From NCBI GenBank assembly GCA_964428395.1, contig CAYRYB010000001.1, positions 139,971 to 203,970 of the forward strand: DNA of 64,000 nt. Direction: 5' to 3'. How positions within the stretch are numbered: the first letter of the stretch is position 1; every line of letters begins with the position of its first letter. The notes below the pieces were generated by a model. It did not search any database and was not told the DNA's origin. It saw only the letters and a program-made list of their open reading frames with translations. Source of the DNA: an uncultured Methanosarcinales archaeon. Its GTDB lineage: Archaea; Nanobdellota; Nanobdellia; Woesearchaeales; SKGA01. The translations under genes were made by a program, and so were the position numbers. Below are positions 17,693 through 27,367 of this stretch, piece after piece.

Positions 17693-19687
17693 TTATTGAC
17701 GTAAAAATTCTTTATTTGCATTGACAAATTTCATCAGGTTTTCTTTATCAGTATAATATTCTGCCATTATTCGACCAACATCATCAACAGTGTCAATATT
17801 ATGCTTGAGAAGATAATTTAAGATTTTTACTTTTTCTGCTAAGTTATTTCTAACTTCTTTTGTGGTCATTCCAGTAAATGTTTTTATGGTTTCAAAAAAG
17901 TGAGATGTTTTACTCTTATCTCGCATATATCCTTCAGTAACTGTTCCTAGTGAACTAACAAGTTTATCTTTTCGAGGATCATACTGCATAATAATATTTG
18001 ATTCGCCATTAGGAAGAATTTCTGCAATTTGAAAGGTTCGTCGTTTTCCTGTTCTTCTATTTCTAAATTGCACGATGATAAGAGAAATTGCTGAAAGCAT
18101 TATTTTTGGGACATCTAACGGAGGATTTGTAAGTCTATCTACTGCTTCTTTTGCATTATTTGCATGAAACGTTGCATACACAGAGTGTCCTGTATGAATT
18201 GCTTCAAAAAGCGTTTCTGTTTCTCGTTTTCGTCGTACTTCTCCAACAATTATTCTATCCGGTCGCATACGTAGTGAGTTAACAAGCAAATCTCCCATGC
18301 TTATTTCTCCTCGTCCTTCAGCATTCGGTAAGACAGTATTTAGAGGTACCCAATGAAGAAATTTTGGCAGACGTATCTCACGAGTATCTTCTATGCTAAT
18401 AACTCGTTGATTTGGAGGGAAAAAACTTGCAAAAACATTAAGTGCAGATGTTTTACCAGACGCAGTTCCTCCAGCAATTATTGCACTCATTTCATATTGT
18501 ATTGCAGACCAAATAAGTGCTGCTGCTTCTGAATTTATTGTGCCACTTCGTAAAAATTTAGTAATAGTCCATGGGTCTCGACTAAATTTACGAATAGTAA
18601 TAGTGTTTCCTGCAGTGCTTACAGGACTTAAGGTTGCATTGACTCTGTCTCCTGCATCTAAGTGAGCATCTAGTAATGGTGTTAAAACTGTTATTTGTCT
18701 TCCCACTTTTCTTCCTATGATACTTGCGTAATGTCTTATCTGGTTTTCATCTTTAAGATACGTTGTTGTTTTCAACCAACCATGTGTTTTATGATATACC
18801 CATACGGGCTCTGATGCTTGATTGATAACGATTTCTTCAAGGTTTTGATCGTCCATAATGAGTTCTAAATTTCCCAAACCAAGACTTTTTATCTTAAGAT
18901 AAGATGTAAGAAAATGTGTTGTTTCCATATCGCTGTCTGGCAGATATTTTTCAATAAGAATTTTGATGAGTTCTTCAAATTTATCTTCCACTTGAGTTGT
19001 TTTTTTTGTATCACTAATATCTGCAATACCCAAGCTAACTTTTTTAATGAGTTCTTGTCTTATTTTTTCTAAGATAAGTTTTGTTGTTGGTGTTATTGAA
19101 GATATTTCAAGGTCATAAATAGGAACATACTCTCGTTTGTCTTTTTTTATAACAACATAAATAGGAATTTGTCCAGACATGTATTGATATTCATCTATTC
19201 GATGTGCTATTTGTTCCGGACGATGAGGCATGTTTGCACTTCCTCCTTTCAAAGCTTCGTTTGTAGGTTTTTCTGCTTGTTTTAAAATCGTCGATTTGCT
19301 ATCTAACTTTTCTAATTTCGTTTCAATGGGTTTAGACGTGTCCTGCGATGAAGTTTCCTGCAAAGATGCATGTTTTGTTTTGTTTGATAGAAAATTTCCT
19401 AAAAAACCTTTCTTTTTTCGTTCTTCTAATGATTTTTCTGTTGAAAATTTTTCTGTTGAAAGTGATGTAAATGCATCGGCTTCTGCTTTAGTGTATGTGG
19501 GCGTCGTCCTTGTCACAGGAGAAGATAAAGAAGTAAAAGATGATGATTTCTTTTTTGTTGATGATCTTACAGGCTTTCTTGGTACTTTTTTTAATACTTT
19601 TGATTTTTTTGGTGCTTTAGTTGACCTTTTAAAAACGCTTTTGTTAGTTGTTGATTTTTTTGTTTTCTTTTTCTTAGTAGTTGCCAA
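17693..19687 (-). CDS. type IV pilus/archaellum assembly ATPase (FlaI/ArlI-PilB-VirB11 family) with ~150-aa K/S/T-rich N-terminal extension
   Basis: Walker A AGGTASGKTSALN. Asp/His boxes (ISIEDTREI, ..GEVR). The C-terminal half is conserved as in FlaI/TadA. The N-terminus MATTKKKKTKKSTTNKS... is low-complexity. Confidence 0.9.
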   Translation of the reverse strand: MATTKKKKTKKSTTNKSVFKRSTKAPKKSKVLKKVPRKPVRSSTKKKSSSFTSLSSPVTRTTPTYTKAEADAFTSLSTEKFSTEKSLEERKKKGFLGNFLSNKTKHASLQETSSQDTSKPIETKLEKLDSKSTILKQAEKPTNEALKGGSANMPHRPEQIAHRIDEYQYMSGQIPIYVVIKKDKREYVPIYDLEISSITPTTKLILEKIRQELIKKVSLGIADISDTKKTTQVEDKFEELIKILIEKYLPDSDMETTHFLTSYLKIKSLGLGNLELIMDDQNLEEIVINQASEPVWVYHKTHGWLKTTTYLKDENQIRHYASIIGRKVGRQITVLTPLLDAHLDAGDRVNATLSPVSTAGNTITIRKFSRDPWTITKFLRSGTINSEAAALIWSAIQYEMSAIIAGGTASGKTSALNVFASFFPPNQRVISIEDTREIRLPKFLHWVPLNTVLPNAEGRGEISMGDLLVNSLRMRPDRIIVGEVRRKRETETLFEAIHTGHSVYATFHANNAKEAVDRLTNPPLDVPKIMLSAISLIIVQFRNRRTGKRRTFQIAEILPNGESNIIMQYDPRKDKLVSSLGTVTEGYMRDKSKTSHFFETIKTFTGMTTKEVRNNLAEKVKILNYLLKHNIDTVDDVGRIMAEYYTDKENLMKFVNANKEFLRQ

Positions 19688-19718
19688 TATACGTCACCCT
19701 CTTTTTACTAAAAAAACT

Positions 19719-20870
19719 TTAATTTCCTCGAATAAAACTGATAAGAGTATTTATTTTTGATGAAAGTTTCTCTTTTCGTTTTTCATACACAGCTAGAGTT
19801 TTTTCTATATCTCCTAATTTATCAGCCACTGCCGGATGGTTGCTAAGAGCATTAAACACTTCTACTTTTTTCTTCAGCAATTCTAATTCTTGTATTAAAT
19901 TATCCTTCTCTGTTTCTATATTTGAGATTAAATCTCCCGTCTTGATTTTTTTAGCAAAAAGATTCTCAAAACCATCGTAGATTTTCTTTCCTAATTCAGC
20001 GTAATTTTGTACCTCTTGAACCTTTATTTTTGCACTTTTTAAGAGCGTGTCTTGTTGTAACTCAACTTCTTCTCGCTTTGAGCCCACTATCTTTGAAAGT
20101 TTTTTAATACTCTCTTTTTTGTTTTCCTTGATATTGCTAGTAATCGTAAGAATATCTTTTTTTATTTTTTTAATACGCTCTTCAGTTCCCGAGATGTTTT
20201 TGATTTGAGAAGTTAATTCCGTTGAAACAGTGCTCAATTTATTTAAGGATTCTTTTATTGTTTTTTCAGCTTCATCTTTACTAAAACGAAGCTTGGCTAC
20301 ATTCGCTTCAAACGTCTTGAGGCGATCCTCTTCTTTTTTTAGATCGTTTAATGATTGTTGGTATGCCTTATCAAAATTTTCTAATTGACTATCATATTCT
20401 TGAATGAATTGCTTGTAGACTCGTTGTTGTTCTTCTATTTCTTTATCGATATTTTTTTTAAGCTCGTCAAAATGTTCAAGTTCTTTCATTTGTTTTCGAA
20501 CAGTTTCTAGTTCATCCTTGATATGCCCTTGAATATTCACAAACTCTTTTCGGACTTCTTCAAAGCCACTCGTTTCACTATCTATTGCATTAATAGTTGC
20601 ATCAATTTTTCGTTTAAAGGCATCTTTTTGAGAATGAGCTTCTTTTGCCGAGATTTTCACGGTGTCCTCATCAATCTTACGTTCCTCAACGTACATTTTA
20701 GAAAACTTATAAGAAAGAGAGACTACTTTTTCCTTTTCTAAAAGTTCTATCCAGTCTTCAACTACATCCTTTGCAACACCAAGCGTTTTTGCTGCTTGTT
20801 CAGAAGTTAGTTTCTTACGATCGTGAATGAGTTGAACAAGCCGGTCAATACCTGTAGTTATATTCTTCAT
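19719..20870 (-). CDS. wHTH + long coiled-coil protein (pilus-operon accessory; fused counterpart of 1437..1892 + 286..1434)
   Basis: The N-terminal wHTH is similar to ORF 1437..1892. About 300 aa of heptad-rich coiled coil follow. It sits first after the pilin genes and before the ATPase. Confidence 0.55.
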   Translation of the reverse strand: MKNITTGIDRLVQLIHDRKKLTSEQAAKTLGVAKDVVEDWIELLEKEKVVSLSYKFSKMYVEERKIDEDTVKISAKEAHSQKDAFKRKIDATINAIDSETSGFEEVRKEFVNIQGHIKDELETVRKQMKELEHFDELKKNIDKEIEEQQRVYKQFIQEYDSQLENFDKAYQQSLNDLKKEEDRLKTFEANVAKLRFSKDEAEKTIKESLNKLSTVSTELTSQIKNISGTEERIKKIKKDILTITSNIKENKKESIKKLSKIVGSKREEVELQQDTLLKSAKIKVQEVQNYAELGKKIYDGFENLFAKKIKTGDLISNIETEKDNLIQELELLKKKVEVFNALSNHPAVADKLGDIEKTLAVYEKRKEKLSSKINTLISFIRGN

Positions 20871-20939
20871 ACCGATTTAAATATGAATTAACAGGTTAAA
20901 AAAGTTGTGTAACCACTCAAAAAAGAAAAAAGAGCCTTT

Positions 20940-21959
20940 TTATGGACAAGCACTTGCATTAGAATAAGATAATCCATCCACTTCGTAGGTGGTTGCTTCG
21001 TTTTGCGGAATAACAAAATAAAGAGATGCAGGCAAACCAGTAACATTACAAAGTTTTACACCTCCTAAATCATTAAAGTAAATAAAATCCACTTTAATCC
21101 TGTTTTCATAGACATCTTTGTCCTGCGCAGCAATATCTCCTATATTTACTATGCTTTGTATACCATAAGGGCTTGGAGTATTATTATTTTCAAAATGTTG
21201 TAAAAAGGAGGGCGCATTTGTTGAAGCAATATAATACGATTTGTTTGCGAGAAGTTGTAAATTGGTTGTATCATTATCGCTTGTATTTACTAAAAAGAGA
21301 AAGGGCGCTTCTCGTACCGTATTTGGAACAGTATTTTCTGTAAATTTACTATACAATGGATCTCGTAAATCAAAAATAGGTACTTGAGTAGTATACGTTT
21401 TTTCAAAATGCCATGATGCAACATGTTTAGTGTCGGAAATATTAACTTTTGTATGAACGGCAACTGTTATCTTCCACGGATCTTCTTGTGAAAGCGTAAT
21501 ATTAAGAACAGTAATATTTGCTCGTAAACCAATTTGACTTGCTAAGAAATTAACACGAGCAAGATAATCTGAAAAACTTGACGCGTTCATTAAAGTTACA
21601 TTAGTTTGGTTAATAGTGCCATTAAAGAATGCTTCCTCAAATGCAGTCGCTGTATTGTTAAAAAACCCTGCAGAGGTTGATGCGATATAATCTTCTAAAG
21701 AAAGCAACGCTCGAAAGGATGAGATATATGTTGCTCGATGTACATCTTGATTAAAGTCGGTTACAAAATCATTCATGAGCTTTACGCGACTTTCGTAAAT
21801 GTCTTGTTTGTCTTGAAAGGTATATCTGTTCGTTGAAAGGAAAACAAATATGATAATAGTTGCAAGGATTGTTGCGGTTACCAAATAGGTGAATCCTTTT
21901 TTGTTAAATTGTTTCATTGTCATGTCCATACTGTTGTACTTACCGTTGTTGGTCCCCAT
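20940..21959 (-). CDS. pilin-like N-glycosylated protein (class III signal peptide; true start probably at internal MTMKQFNKKG|F)
   Basis: KKG|FTYLVTATILATIIIFVFL is a prepilin-like motif. Many N-x-S/T sequons. Ends in Cys. Confidence 0.55.
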   Translation of the reverse strand: MGTNNGKYNSMDMTMKQFNKKGFTYLVTATILATIIIFVFLSTNRYTFQDKQDIYESRVKLMNDFVTDFNQDVHRATYISSFRALLSLEDYIASTSAGFFNNTATAFEEAFFNGTINQTNVTLMNASSFSDYLARVNFLASQIGLRANITVLNITLSQEDPWKITVAVHTKVNISDTKHVASWHFEKTYTTQVPIFDLRDPLYSKFTENTVPNTVREAPFLFLVNTSDNDTTNLQLLANKSYYIASTNAPSFLQHFENNNTPSPYGIQSIVNIGDIAAQDKDVYENRIKVDFIYFNDLGGVKLCNVTGLPASLYFVIPQNEATTYEVDGLSYSNASACP

Positions 21960-24649
21960 AAATAAGGTACGCCATTTATCAATGTTATCGTGATTTCTAA
22001 ATCTGCTTCTGTTAAATCCACGATGACCTTGCCATTTTTATCAGGGTCTAATTGTTCAAGCAAGTGGTACGTTGCAGAGTCATAGGCATCATCGCTATTA
22101 TAAACAATACTCGTGTTTGTATAGTTACATTGTTTGCTTCCAGAATAACTTGTTGGGATAAGTAAATGTGAGAAAAGCTCTGATTCTGATTGTATGGTCC
22201 AATTACAACCATCATGATACGTAAAAGTTTGACTTCGTGGTGTTGATGAATTAATTAATGCAGTGTAAATAAGTGTGTTATTGGGTGAACAAATTGAATT
22301 GTTAAGTGGCGAGTCCCCTACCTTCATAACAATTGTATTATCTGTTCCAGGAACCAATGTCGTTGAAGGTATTTGTATAAGAAAAGGATCTCCTAGTAAA
22401 ACATAATCATTGCCATAATCACTTAAATTAAAAACAACCACATTATTAACGGTTACTAACTTTGTCCAATGCTTAGAAGAAAATGATGTAACATAAGCAT
22501 TAGTTATTTCTATTCCCTCAGGCAGAGGAATAGTTGCGCTGCAACCACCAAATTGAGCAGACTCAAATGTTAAGGATATTTTTCCTTGTTTATCTACTTG
22601 TGTTAATGGTTCATAGTATAAATCAATGTATGAATTATTATACAGGTGCGCTAGGGAGTAATTACCAACAATATTAAGTGTTTGCGAAGAATAATTTGCT
22701 ACAACGAGTATTTGTTCAGAAATATTCTTGTATATTTGTGCAAGCTGTGAAACATTGGTTGCATTATAGTAAAGCGAGGAATTACAAGCAATTTGTTGCA
22801 TGACTGATTGTCCTGAAGCAGTCATTCCTTCACTAAATCCTATTGCATAAACAGTAATGTTATCTGCGCATGCTTGCTGCGCTGCAGCTATTGCATCGTT
22901 TTGTGATTGCGTTCCATCATTGCCAACAGAAGAATATGTGTGTAAATCACCTCCACAATGTCGCGTTGGTTCACCATCACTTAAAACAACCATAAATTTT
23001 TTGTTCGTTGAACTATTTATCGAATCTCTAGCCCTATTAATTCCACAACAGGTGCATGTTCCGCCTCCTGCAGAATAAGTGTCAATCTCTGAATCTAAAA
23101 CTCCTTTTACATTGGTTAATGCTGTTTGAGGATTTGCGTTTGTTGAAAAATCTACAAGACCAATTTTGTGAAGAAGCGAGTCATTAAGAATAGTTTCTAC
23201 AAAAAGATGATCTGCTTCTTTTGCAATGTCTAAGAGTGTTTTATTACAGGTTGTAGTTGTTTTGTTATAGATAACATGATTTTTTGTTGTTGAAGTTCCG
23301 CCACATTCATTAGAAACGCAAGTTGTTGTATAAGGGCATTCTGTTGAAAACCACCATACCCACCACTTATATTCATATTTGCAGTATTCCACATCATGCG
23401 TGTAATATTCTCCACAATCATTCATACTTCCTGAAACGTCCGTTACGAGAAATGAATCTGATGGTTTGCCTGCGTTAACAACAGTAATGTTTGAAAGATT
23501 GGTCGTTCCTAAGCGCAATGGTATTTCTGTTGGTGGAAGAGTTTGATTTATTCTTGAATAAAGAATATTTTGCGTGATATTTTGTCCTGGAGAAATAAAA
23601 ATAGTTTCATTAGCTAAAGTTACAAACGTATCATATTCATTATACAACGTCAAATTCATAGTCCAATTGCGTATTAGTCCTTGCGCGCCAAAGGCATCAT
23701 ACATGTTTAAGAATCCATCAATTTGTGGGAAGAAATATCTTCTGTAACCAGGTGTTACAGGATCATTTACTGTGTCCGTTGTATACACCACTTTAAGAAA
23801 TCCTCCTGAAATATACGATTCATTTAAATCGCTAGTAAACGCTAAAGTAATATTATTTTTTCCTGCTTGAAAAGAAGTATTGCAAGATATAATGTTCCAT
23901 AAATTTATTTGTCCTACTTGTCCCGTTCTTGGTCCTCCACAAGGATTTTCATTAATATAGAATTGAAATGTTCCTGGTGTTTCTATTTTAAGGTCTGTTG
24001 ATAAAAGTCGTGAAGTAGAAAAATCAGCTGGTAGCGTTAAAGATACCGTGATATTTCCCTGTCCGTAAAATCCTCCAAAATAAGCATAGGCATTTGTTTT
24101 TTTATTGCGTACTTTTTTAAGATAGGCCGAAGAACTTGAACCAGTAATAGGTGCACCTTTTGCAATTCCAGATATCATTCGTCTTGTTATAACCAAATTT
24201 TGTATTGGTGAATCATTTCGTTGAAAGATAGAATCGTTCTCAATTGAAAATTTAATATTCAAATTTGGTGGAAGTGAGGCATTGGTTATTATTTCAAAGA
24301 GTTCTTTTGCTTTGGCAGTTTTATTTAATGCCCAATATTCACCAATTTGTTCTAAAACGGTATTGTTGACATTTGTTATGTTGCCCGTTGTTATCTCACT
24401 AGTTACAAAAGAACTATTCATTTCATTGATTGTTATCGCTCCTAAAACATTAAGAAGATCTTGCGTGATAAACGATTTCTCATTTATTGATGGCTCATAA
24501 TAGGTAACAGAAAGTAATGTTGCTGCAACACCAACTAATAAAAGTCCTGCTAAAAGCGCGTCCATTGAGTAATAAATTCCTTTTTTCTTTATCATTTTAC
24601 TCCCATGAATAAACAATAAGCTGTAATAATGATGCGTTGTAGGCAACAA
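21920..24649 (-). CDS. large pilin-like adhesin with vWA domain (class III signal peptide; true start probably MIKKKG|I at about 24595)
   Basis: KKKG|IYYSMDALLAGLLLVGVAATLL is a prepilin motif. The MIDAS motif LVTDVSGSMND is present, with downstream vWA-like T and D positions. About 60 N-glycosylation sequons and Cys-rich segments. Confidence 0.7.
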   Translation of the reverse strand: MLPTTHHYYSLLFIHGSKMIKKKGIYYSMDALLAGLLLVGVAATLLSVTYYEPSINEKSFITQDLLNVLGAITINEMNSSFVTSEITTGNITNVNNTVLEQIGEYWALNKTAKAKELFEIITNASLPPNLNIKFSIENDSIFQRNDSPIQNLVITRRMISGIAKGAPITGSSSSAYLKKVRNKKTNAYAYFGGFYGQGNITVSLTLPADFSTSRLLSTDLKIETPGTFQFYINENPCGGPRTGQVGQINLWNIISCNTSFQAGKNNITLAFTSDLNESYISGGFLKVVYTTDTVNDPVTPGYRRYFFPQIDGFLNMYDAFGAQGLIRNWTMNLTLYNEYDTFVTLANETIFISPGQNITQNILYSRINQTLPPTEIPLRLGTTNLSNITVVNAGKPSDSFLVTDVSGSMNDCGEYYTHDVEYCKYEYKWWVWWFSTECPYTTTCVSNECGGTSTTKNHVIYNKTTTTCNKTLLDIAKEADHLFVETILNDSLLHKIGLVDFSTNANPQTALTNVKGVLDSEIDTYSAGGGTCTCCGINRARDSINSSTNKKFMVVLSDGEPTRHCGGDLHTYSSVGNDGTQSQNDAIAAAQQACADNITVYAIGFSEGMTASGQSVMQQIACNSSLYYNATNVSQLAQIYKNISEQILVVANYSSQTLNIVGNYSLAHLYNNSYIDLYYEPLTQVDKQGKISLTFESAQFGGCSATIPLPEGIEITNAYVTSFSSKHWTKLVTVNNVVVFNLSDYGNDYVLLGDPFLIQIPSTTLVPGTDNTIVMKVGDSPLNNSICSPNNTLIYTALINSSTPRSQTFTYHDGCNWTIQSESELFSHLLIPTSYSGSKQCNYTNTSIVYNSDDAYDSATYHLLEQLDPDKNGKVIVDLTEADLEITITLINGVPYLWGPTTVSTTVWT

Positions 24650-25097
24650 GACGTTGTGTTGTTACTAAATGTTTATAGGTAATTGAGGATAAATCTGGTT
24701 CACAAGTAAGCGCATCATATGCTAAAGGATATCCATGTAAACAGTTTGTAAGATTGATGATTTGCGTGTTATTTTTAAAAAAGAAAATATATTCATTGGT
24801 TACATGATACAATGTTTTTGTATGATTATAATCAAGAGCATCAAATTGTGTTAATTTAGTCAGGTTAAGACGATAATCATCAGTAATTCCTGGAAGTAAT
24901 ACTGTTGTTACACTCCAATTATTTGGATAACCATCCAAAACAAGTTGATCAGAAATATAAACATTATTTCTGTAAAGCTCTGTGTATGCTCCTGCAGGTA
25001 GAATATCTATAATTATTTTTATTGCAAGAAGTAAAAGAAAGATAAAACCAACGAGGCCTAAAATAAAATCAACGGTAAACATTTGTGCTTTGCTCAT
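24597..25097 (-). CDS. minor pilin (class III signal peptide)
   Basis: N-terminus MSKAQ|MFTVDFILGLVGFIFLLLLAI. Confidence 0.6.
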   Translation of the reverse strand: MSKAQMFTVDFILGLVGFIFLLLLAIKIIIDILPAGAYTELYRNNVYISDQLVLDGYPNNWSVTTVLLPGITDDYRLNLTKLTQFDALDYNHTKTLYHVTNEYIFFFKNNTQIINLTNCLHGYPLAYDALTCEPDLSSITYKHLVTTQRLVAYNASLLQLIVYSWE

Positions 25098-25118
25098 TTT
25101 TATTCTCTTTAGTAAGGT

Positions 25119-25514
25119 TTAGTTTAGTTGTAAAACTCCATTTTGCTTTCGCAAAACATTTGTTCCTTTTATCATGCTTCCATTAATAACAGGAATAACA
25201 TAAAATAATTCTTGATGTGAAAAAAGAATACTCATATATCCATTGCTTGCACTTGTATTGCCAATAACGATAGTATAATTCATATCATTTATTTTTTCAG
25301 GAACGCTAAAGAATCGCTCATAGCCATCCTGTACTTGCGTTCCTAAGAGGAGCTCTTGTTGCAAGCTTTTTCCCAAGTCATTTAGTTGTTCGTACGTGTT
25401 CTGTGTTGTTTTATCCGCTGAAAGGGTGAGCGCTGCCCCTATAACTATGAAAAGGAAAAAAAATCCTGTTATTCCTAAAAGAATAAATTCTATAGATACT
25501 TGTGCTCGTTTCAT
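25119..25514 (-). CDS. pilin (class III signal peptide)
   Basis: N-terminus MKRAQ|VSIEFILLGITGFFFLFIVIGAA. Confidence 0.65.
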   Translation of the reverse strand: MKRAQVSIEFILLGITGFFFLFIVIGAALTLSADKTTQNTYEQLNDLGKSLQQELLLGTQVQDGYERFFSVPEKINDMNYTIVIGNTSASNGYMSILFSHQELFYVIPVINGSMIKGTNVLRKQNGVLQLN

Positions 25515-25516
25515 TT

Positions 25517-25957
25517 TTATGTGTCCGTAAGAAGAACATCGTCAGCTTGTGCTTTTATCACAATAAAATGAGGTCCTTCGAATTTTTTTAATGATCCACT
25601 AAGATTAATAGCAGTCTCTTTAATATAGTCATAATTATACGTTGCCGAAGTCATGTTAAAAATAAGTTCGTTTGACTGCACACTAACGGATTGTATACCT
25701 GAAGGAAATGTTATTCGAACAGTTTTTTGTGCTGGTGGGCCCATAAAATAAACTTCTTGAGCTGCATCAGTAATGAGTGTTGCTGCTCTGTCTAATTGTG
25801 CGTTGGCGATGTCTGATTGTAAATTACTTGTTTGTGTTGTGAAAATGATGATTAAAGGTAACGTCATAAAAAAAGCCACTGAGAAAATGATTAAGTATTC
25901 CATGGCCACTTGACCTTTACACATCCTTTTCATAAAGATAATTGACGCTGAAGGCAT
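25517..25957 (-). CDS. pilin (class III signal peptide; start probably the internal MKRMCKGQ|V)
   Basis: KGQ|VAMEYLIIFSVAFFMTLPLIIIF. Only a 2-nt gap to the downstream pilin gene. Confidence 0.6.
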   Translation of the reverse strand: MPSASIIFMKRMCKGQVAMEYLIIFSVAFFMTLPLIIIFTTQTSNLQSDIANAQLDRAATLITDAAQEVYFMGPPAQKTVRITFPSGIQSVSVQSNELIFNMTSATYNYDYIKETAINLSGSLKKFEGPHFIVIKAQADDVLLTDT

Positions 25958-26043
25958 ATTTAAAGATGATGTCTTTATCGACTAGTTAAAACAAGAAAAA
26001 AAAGTGAATCCTAATGAGATGCAAGAGAAGAAGCAAAGAGAAA

Positions 26044-26072
26044 GAAATAAAGAAAAAAAAGAAAAAAAATAT
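26044..26072 (-). terminator. oligo-T tract (minus strand) immediately after the major pilin stop codon
   Basis: Plus-strand agaaaaaaaagaaaaaaaat equals T-runs on the coding strand 5-30 nt after the TAA at 26077-26079. Archaeal intrinsic terminators are oligo-T runs. Confidence 0.35.
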
Positions 26073-26076
26073 TTAT

Positions 26077-26595
26077 TTACGCGTATTTACCATCTACACT
26101 TCCCGTGTGGGTGATCGTTTGCGTTGTTTCAACATTTGTATAATCCACAGTCAATTCCGCTTTAAATTTATCACCAACAGTAGGGTTTAGACTTGATGGG
26201 TCACAATCCCATTTTAAAAGGAAGGTTCCTCCGTTTGGAATTTGTGTTGTGTCTGCAACAATTGGTGCACCAGAATATGTTCCTGTAATAACAGGGTTAT
26301 TACATTCTACTCCGGTTGCAGGTGAAACATTTCCTGTTAAAGGCAAGGTAATTGCCACACCTTTGTTATTTTTAAATGCTATTTCAATAGAATTGTCAGC
26401 AAGGCTAACTACTGCGTTATCTAAGTTTGCGATTGGTGCAGTGAACGTTGTTCGCTCTGGCAAGAGTTTTTGGGGGCTTAATACACCAAAATATGCCAAT
26501 GCTCCGATTGCCAAAAGTACAACCAAAATTGCCCAACCATACGTCATTAAGAACTCCATGGCCGCTTGTGCTCGTTTTCTCATCATTAAAAACAC
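26077..26595 (-). CDS. probable major pilin (class III signal peptide; likely true start at ATG 26586 rather than the GTG at 26595)
   Basis: N-terminus (M)MRKRAQ|AAMEFLMTYGWAILVVLLAIGALAYFG. The SD-like gaggtg lies 9 nt upstream of the ATG. It is the first gene of the locus, with its own TATA and an oligo-T terminator. Confidence 0.7.
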   Translation of the reverse strand: MFLMMRKRAQAAMEFLMTYGWAILVVLLAIGALAYFGVLSPQKLLPERTTFTAPIANLDNAVVSLADNSIEIAFKNNKGVAITLPLTGNVSPATGVECNNPVITGTYSGAPIVADTTQIPNGGTFLLKWDCDPSSLNPTVGDKFKAELTVDYTNVETTQTITHTGSVDGKYA

Positions 26596-26645
26596 CTCAT
26601 TTTTAGTTAATTTAAGACTATTTACTCCCTACAGAGAGATTTTTC

Positions 26646-26653
26646 TTTATAAA
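26646..26653 (-). promoter_or_regulatory. TATA box (TTTATAAA on the minus strand) about 60 nt upstream of the major pilin start, followed by a GGAGGTG-like SD
   Basis: The minus-strand read is cgaaatgTTTATAAagaaaaatctctctgtagggagtaaatagtcttaaattaactaaaaatGAGGTGtttttaATG. Confidence 0.35.
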
Positions 26654-26992
26654 CATTTCGTTTTTTGAGGAAAAATATATACTATTATATCATTTTAATG
26701 CCTTAAAATTAATGACTTAAAAAACATGTTGGTATAAACAAATTTTAGAAACGCTTATATACAAGGGCGTATAAAAAATCAGATGATGAGTAACACTAGC
26801 AGTATTCAGCATTGTATATACACGTTTAATCTAGTGAATACTACATCAATTAAGAAATATCCTTGGATGTTGTAAAGAAGAGCAAAAAGCTCGGGAATTT
26901 GCAACGGAAAAAGGAAATAAAAATACTTCTACATTGCAATCTTCCCAAAAAAGCTGTAGCAATAAAAAGTTCTTCTCTACATAAAACAAAGG

Positions 26993-27367
26993 ATGCATAC
27001 AACGAGGTGTATGAAAATGGGAACATGTGTACTCTGCGAAGAGCAAATAACAACACCTCTAGGACCTGAACGACTAGGGGAAGAAATAGCAACGTGGATG
27101 CGTGAAGCATATCCGGCACAACTGGATAATTTTCGTAAGGCGTCCGATGAATTGCTTTTTACAGGCAATAAAAACGGTTTAGATAAATGCATCATTACAC
27201 ATAAACCAATGCAAGTCTGTACGTATTGTTATACAGAACACGTGTTCAAATGGCTTCTTTCAACAAAGCCCTCTTGGAAGATACTGAAAGAATTCCTTTT
27301 GCATTTTGATTATGACACCAGCAAGTATGGAATAGTAATTCAACCGGAGGAAAAAGCCAATGTCTAA
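26993..27367 (+). CDS. possible small zinc-ribbon protein (CxxC...CxxC)
   Basis: 124-aa ORF containing CVLCEE and CTYCYTEH pairs. It lies in a 1-kb otherwise non-coding stretch that looks GC-richer than its surroundings. Competing overlapping ORFs on both strands weaken the call. Confidence 0.3.
   Translation: MHTTRCMKMGTCVLCEEQITTPLGPERLGEEIATWMREAYPAQLDNFRKASDELLFTGNKNGLDKCIITHKPMQVCTYCYTEHVFKWLLSTKPSWKILKEFLLHFDYDTSKYGIVIQPEEKANV

Noticed and set aside
26583-26595. GTG/TTG start codons implied by the ORF track (for example 26595 and 54045)
   Set aside because: The tracker translates alternative starts as M. Nearby ATG/GTG codons with proper SD spacing are more plausible, so start coordinates for these genes are approximate.
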